A stretch of 64,000 nt of DNA from Botryllus schlosseri (taxonomy: Eukaryota), in assembly GCA_051294905.1 (NCBI GenBank), contig CM119371.1:37202001-37266000 (forward strand), written 5' to 3'. Shown here in pieces: positions 61,601-64,000 of the stretch (its first letter is position 1; every line of letters begins with the position of its first letter). The notes below the pieces were generated by a model. It was not told the origin of the DNA. It made no database searches and saw only the letters and a list, made by a program, of their open reading frames with translations. Made by a program: the position numbers and the translations under genes.

Positions 61601-64000
61601 CATGAACTGAGCTTGATTAAATTTCCAAGTTTCAGGGAATTCAGTAATTCTAATTCTACTCTAATTTGAGAACAAAAAACTGTACGGCCATAATTCCAGT
61701 TCCAATATATTTTGGAAAAGTTGAAATCACATCGTTGTCCAGCGCACAAAGTAATTTATCCCTTCCGGGTACTCGAGCCGGTTCTGCTAACGTGTACTGG
61801 TAACTAGAATAGCATTTTTATAAGTATTTCCCCTTATACGTATAGCTGTACTTTCTTTTCATACTTTGGATTTTGTGAAGACATTGCACGCGCGAAGGAC
61901 TTTTGGTTTTTTCGGGTGCTCAAACATAGGTTTTTATTGCTTTACCTTCATGCAAGTATTACGTGTTTAAATACTTCCACTTCTACGTAAGAATTTTTAA
62001 GCGTAGGCGCTTACTTTTTTTGGCTTTGGAGTTTATAAAGACATTAGACACACAAAGTAAATAGACCTTTTCCGAGTACTCAAGTAGGTTTTATCTACTC
62101 GTCCTGGTAACTCAATTTGTTCGGTTGAAAGCACTTCCAATTCTGCTTGACAGTTTTTATGAAAAGCTACCTACTTTTACCTGAGATTACCATGTACGTC
62201 CTCCTTCAGGAGGATTTGTCCTCCTTTTCAAGGAAATTCCTCTTTTTCGACAATTTGTCCTCTTTTTACCTAAAAATAACAAAAAAGAACACGAATTACG
62301 CGAAATGTTGGCCGAATGGAGGAGGAACGGGTAGTTCGGGCGGACTTACTTTATTTTTAGTCAACTCGGCTAATATGAGCTATAAACAGGTCTTTCGGGA
62401 GGAGAGTCGAAAAAATAACTTTTTGTTAGTTGACTTTATCTTGATAAATTTGAAAGTCACCCGTTTTCTCGTCCGCTAAAATAACCTTTTCAACCTGTGA
62501 AATCTTCCTTTACGGATCTCAGAATATGGTTACCCTACTTTTAACACGTACTATTGTGCGAAGTAAAATCAAGTTCTGGGGTATGCTTCATAATTTTGAT
62601 GAGTCGGGAAGATTTAAAAATTTGGTAAAAGACTAAAAATATACGGAGTCACGACCATATCTTTTGTTTCCTGCTTGCGCACCTTTAAAAAACCTAGTTT
62701 TGACGTGCCATTTTCCAGTCAAAAAACAATGGTTTTGATTCAGATTTGCGCAGACAATTTGTGTCGATCATCTCATCATTATGAGATCATACATGATCTG
62801 ATTCGGTAATAGTGAAGGTTGGTGTCTGTAACAATCGCGACTGCGGATGATCTCTCTAAGCGCACGAATCCGCGCAAAATTAACGGATCAATTCGACGAG
62901 ACAATCCTCATGAGAGGGCGCGCGAATCGAGATATTGGAGATGTCATGGCCACGCGCGAAATTGAGCCGGAATTTCGATCCGCTTATGTGAGATAATGTT
63001 TCGTAACAATGCGGACCGACTTTTGATTGTTGTATTAATTTCATAACATATTCTATTTGAATAAACTCATACTGAGACTCCAGACGATGATTTTACCAGA
63101 TTTGGATATGGATTTATGATTTTTGTAGTACTGGACTTACATTGGGATTTTACTCCTGCAGAAGTAAAAGTAACGCGTGATTGTATACTCACGTACAAGT
63201 ACATGTAAAAGTTTCCGAGACATCTTCAAAACTGCTACAAGCTCAAGTTGAAAAGTAAAGTTTTTAAAAGTGCTTTCTACTCTTTCAGAATCCAAAGCGT
63301 AAAAAGTTTGGCGTGTCTTGTTGACATCACCACTCTGATACAACAACATCAAGTTCGGCTTATATCAAATTATACTTCATCCTCATAAGCACGAGAATGG
63401 CAAATGTATGTACAGTTTGTACACCACGCTTGGCTCGTTCCGCGCTATACAATTCTGTAGCATTTTGAGAAAAACCAGAAAACAGATTATAATTGTAATT
63501 AGATTATAGAAACATTTCAAAAAATTCGATTACCATATTCTCTAATTAGTCAAATTGACAGTTAGATTTATTTAGTTGCCCAAGTCAAGCAGAAGGGCTA
63601 GCACCGAATGTAATATTGATGTTACTTTTGAACAAGTTTCCGTCATTACCGGAATTTGATCAGAATCTAAAGTGCGTAACACCATTTAGATTCAAAAATA
63701 TGACATCCGCGCATCTGTGGCAGGAACGAGTCATCGTAAACGACCGGAGACTCCGGATTGCGGCTGAAACCGGAACCAGCAGTCTAGGATTGGCGACCGC
63801 GACATTGTAAACAAACACGAGCGGTACGTTGCGGTTTAGGCGCGCCTCAAACAAGACCAAATTATTTCTTTCATGTATCGACAACGGGTCGTTTGAATCT
63901 AATGTCGCGCGTCAAACAATACCGCCGATACTGGCATTGTCTTTGTGACAGCATAATGGATCTATCTCTCTTTGATGTGATGTGTGTCGAACAATTTTGT

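Overview
Animal genomic DNA of roughly 38-40% GC, very rich in transposons. An invertebrate, possibly an ascidian, is my inference and is not provable here. Host genes I can support: the last four exons of an ACTR10/Arp11 homologue (+, 293-4952, with anomalies); a 30-finger, minisatellite-like C2H2 zinc-finger exon (+, 16181-18814); a three-exon NDUFB3 (-, 26729-33778) that the ORF track misses; and an intronless TBCE (-, 36179-37792/37864). Most of the remainder is nested non-autonomous DNA transposons (hAT, MULE/Merlin-like, Kolobok-like, a Sola-like foldback) plus LINE/SINE/Penelope fragments. The most striking signal is a P-superfamily-like set with (T/C)ATAGA termini and 7-bp TSDs. It includes a 2.7-kb element carrying a decayed THAP gene plus a convergent C2H2-finger gene, and two long-TIR/foldback elements. 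There are also three tiny TSD-flanked palindromes (17+17, 14+14 and 11+11 bp) that look like P-type excision footprints; two match termini of elements in the window, and the third has an 8-bp TSD and an empty paralogous site.
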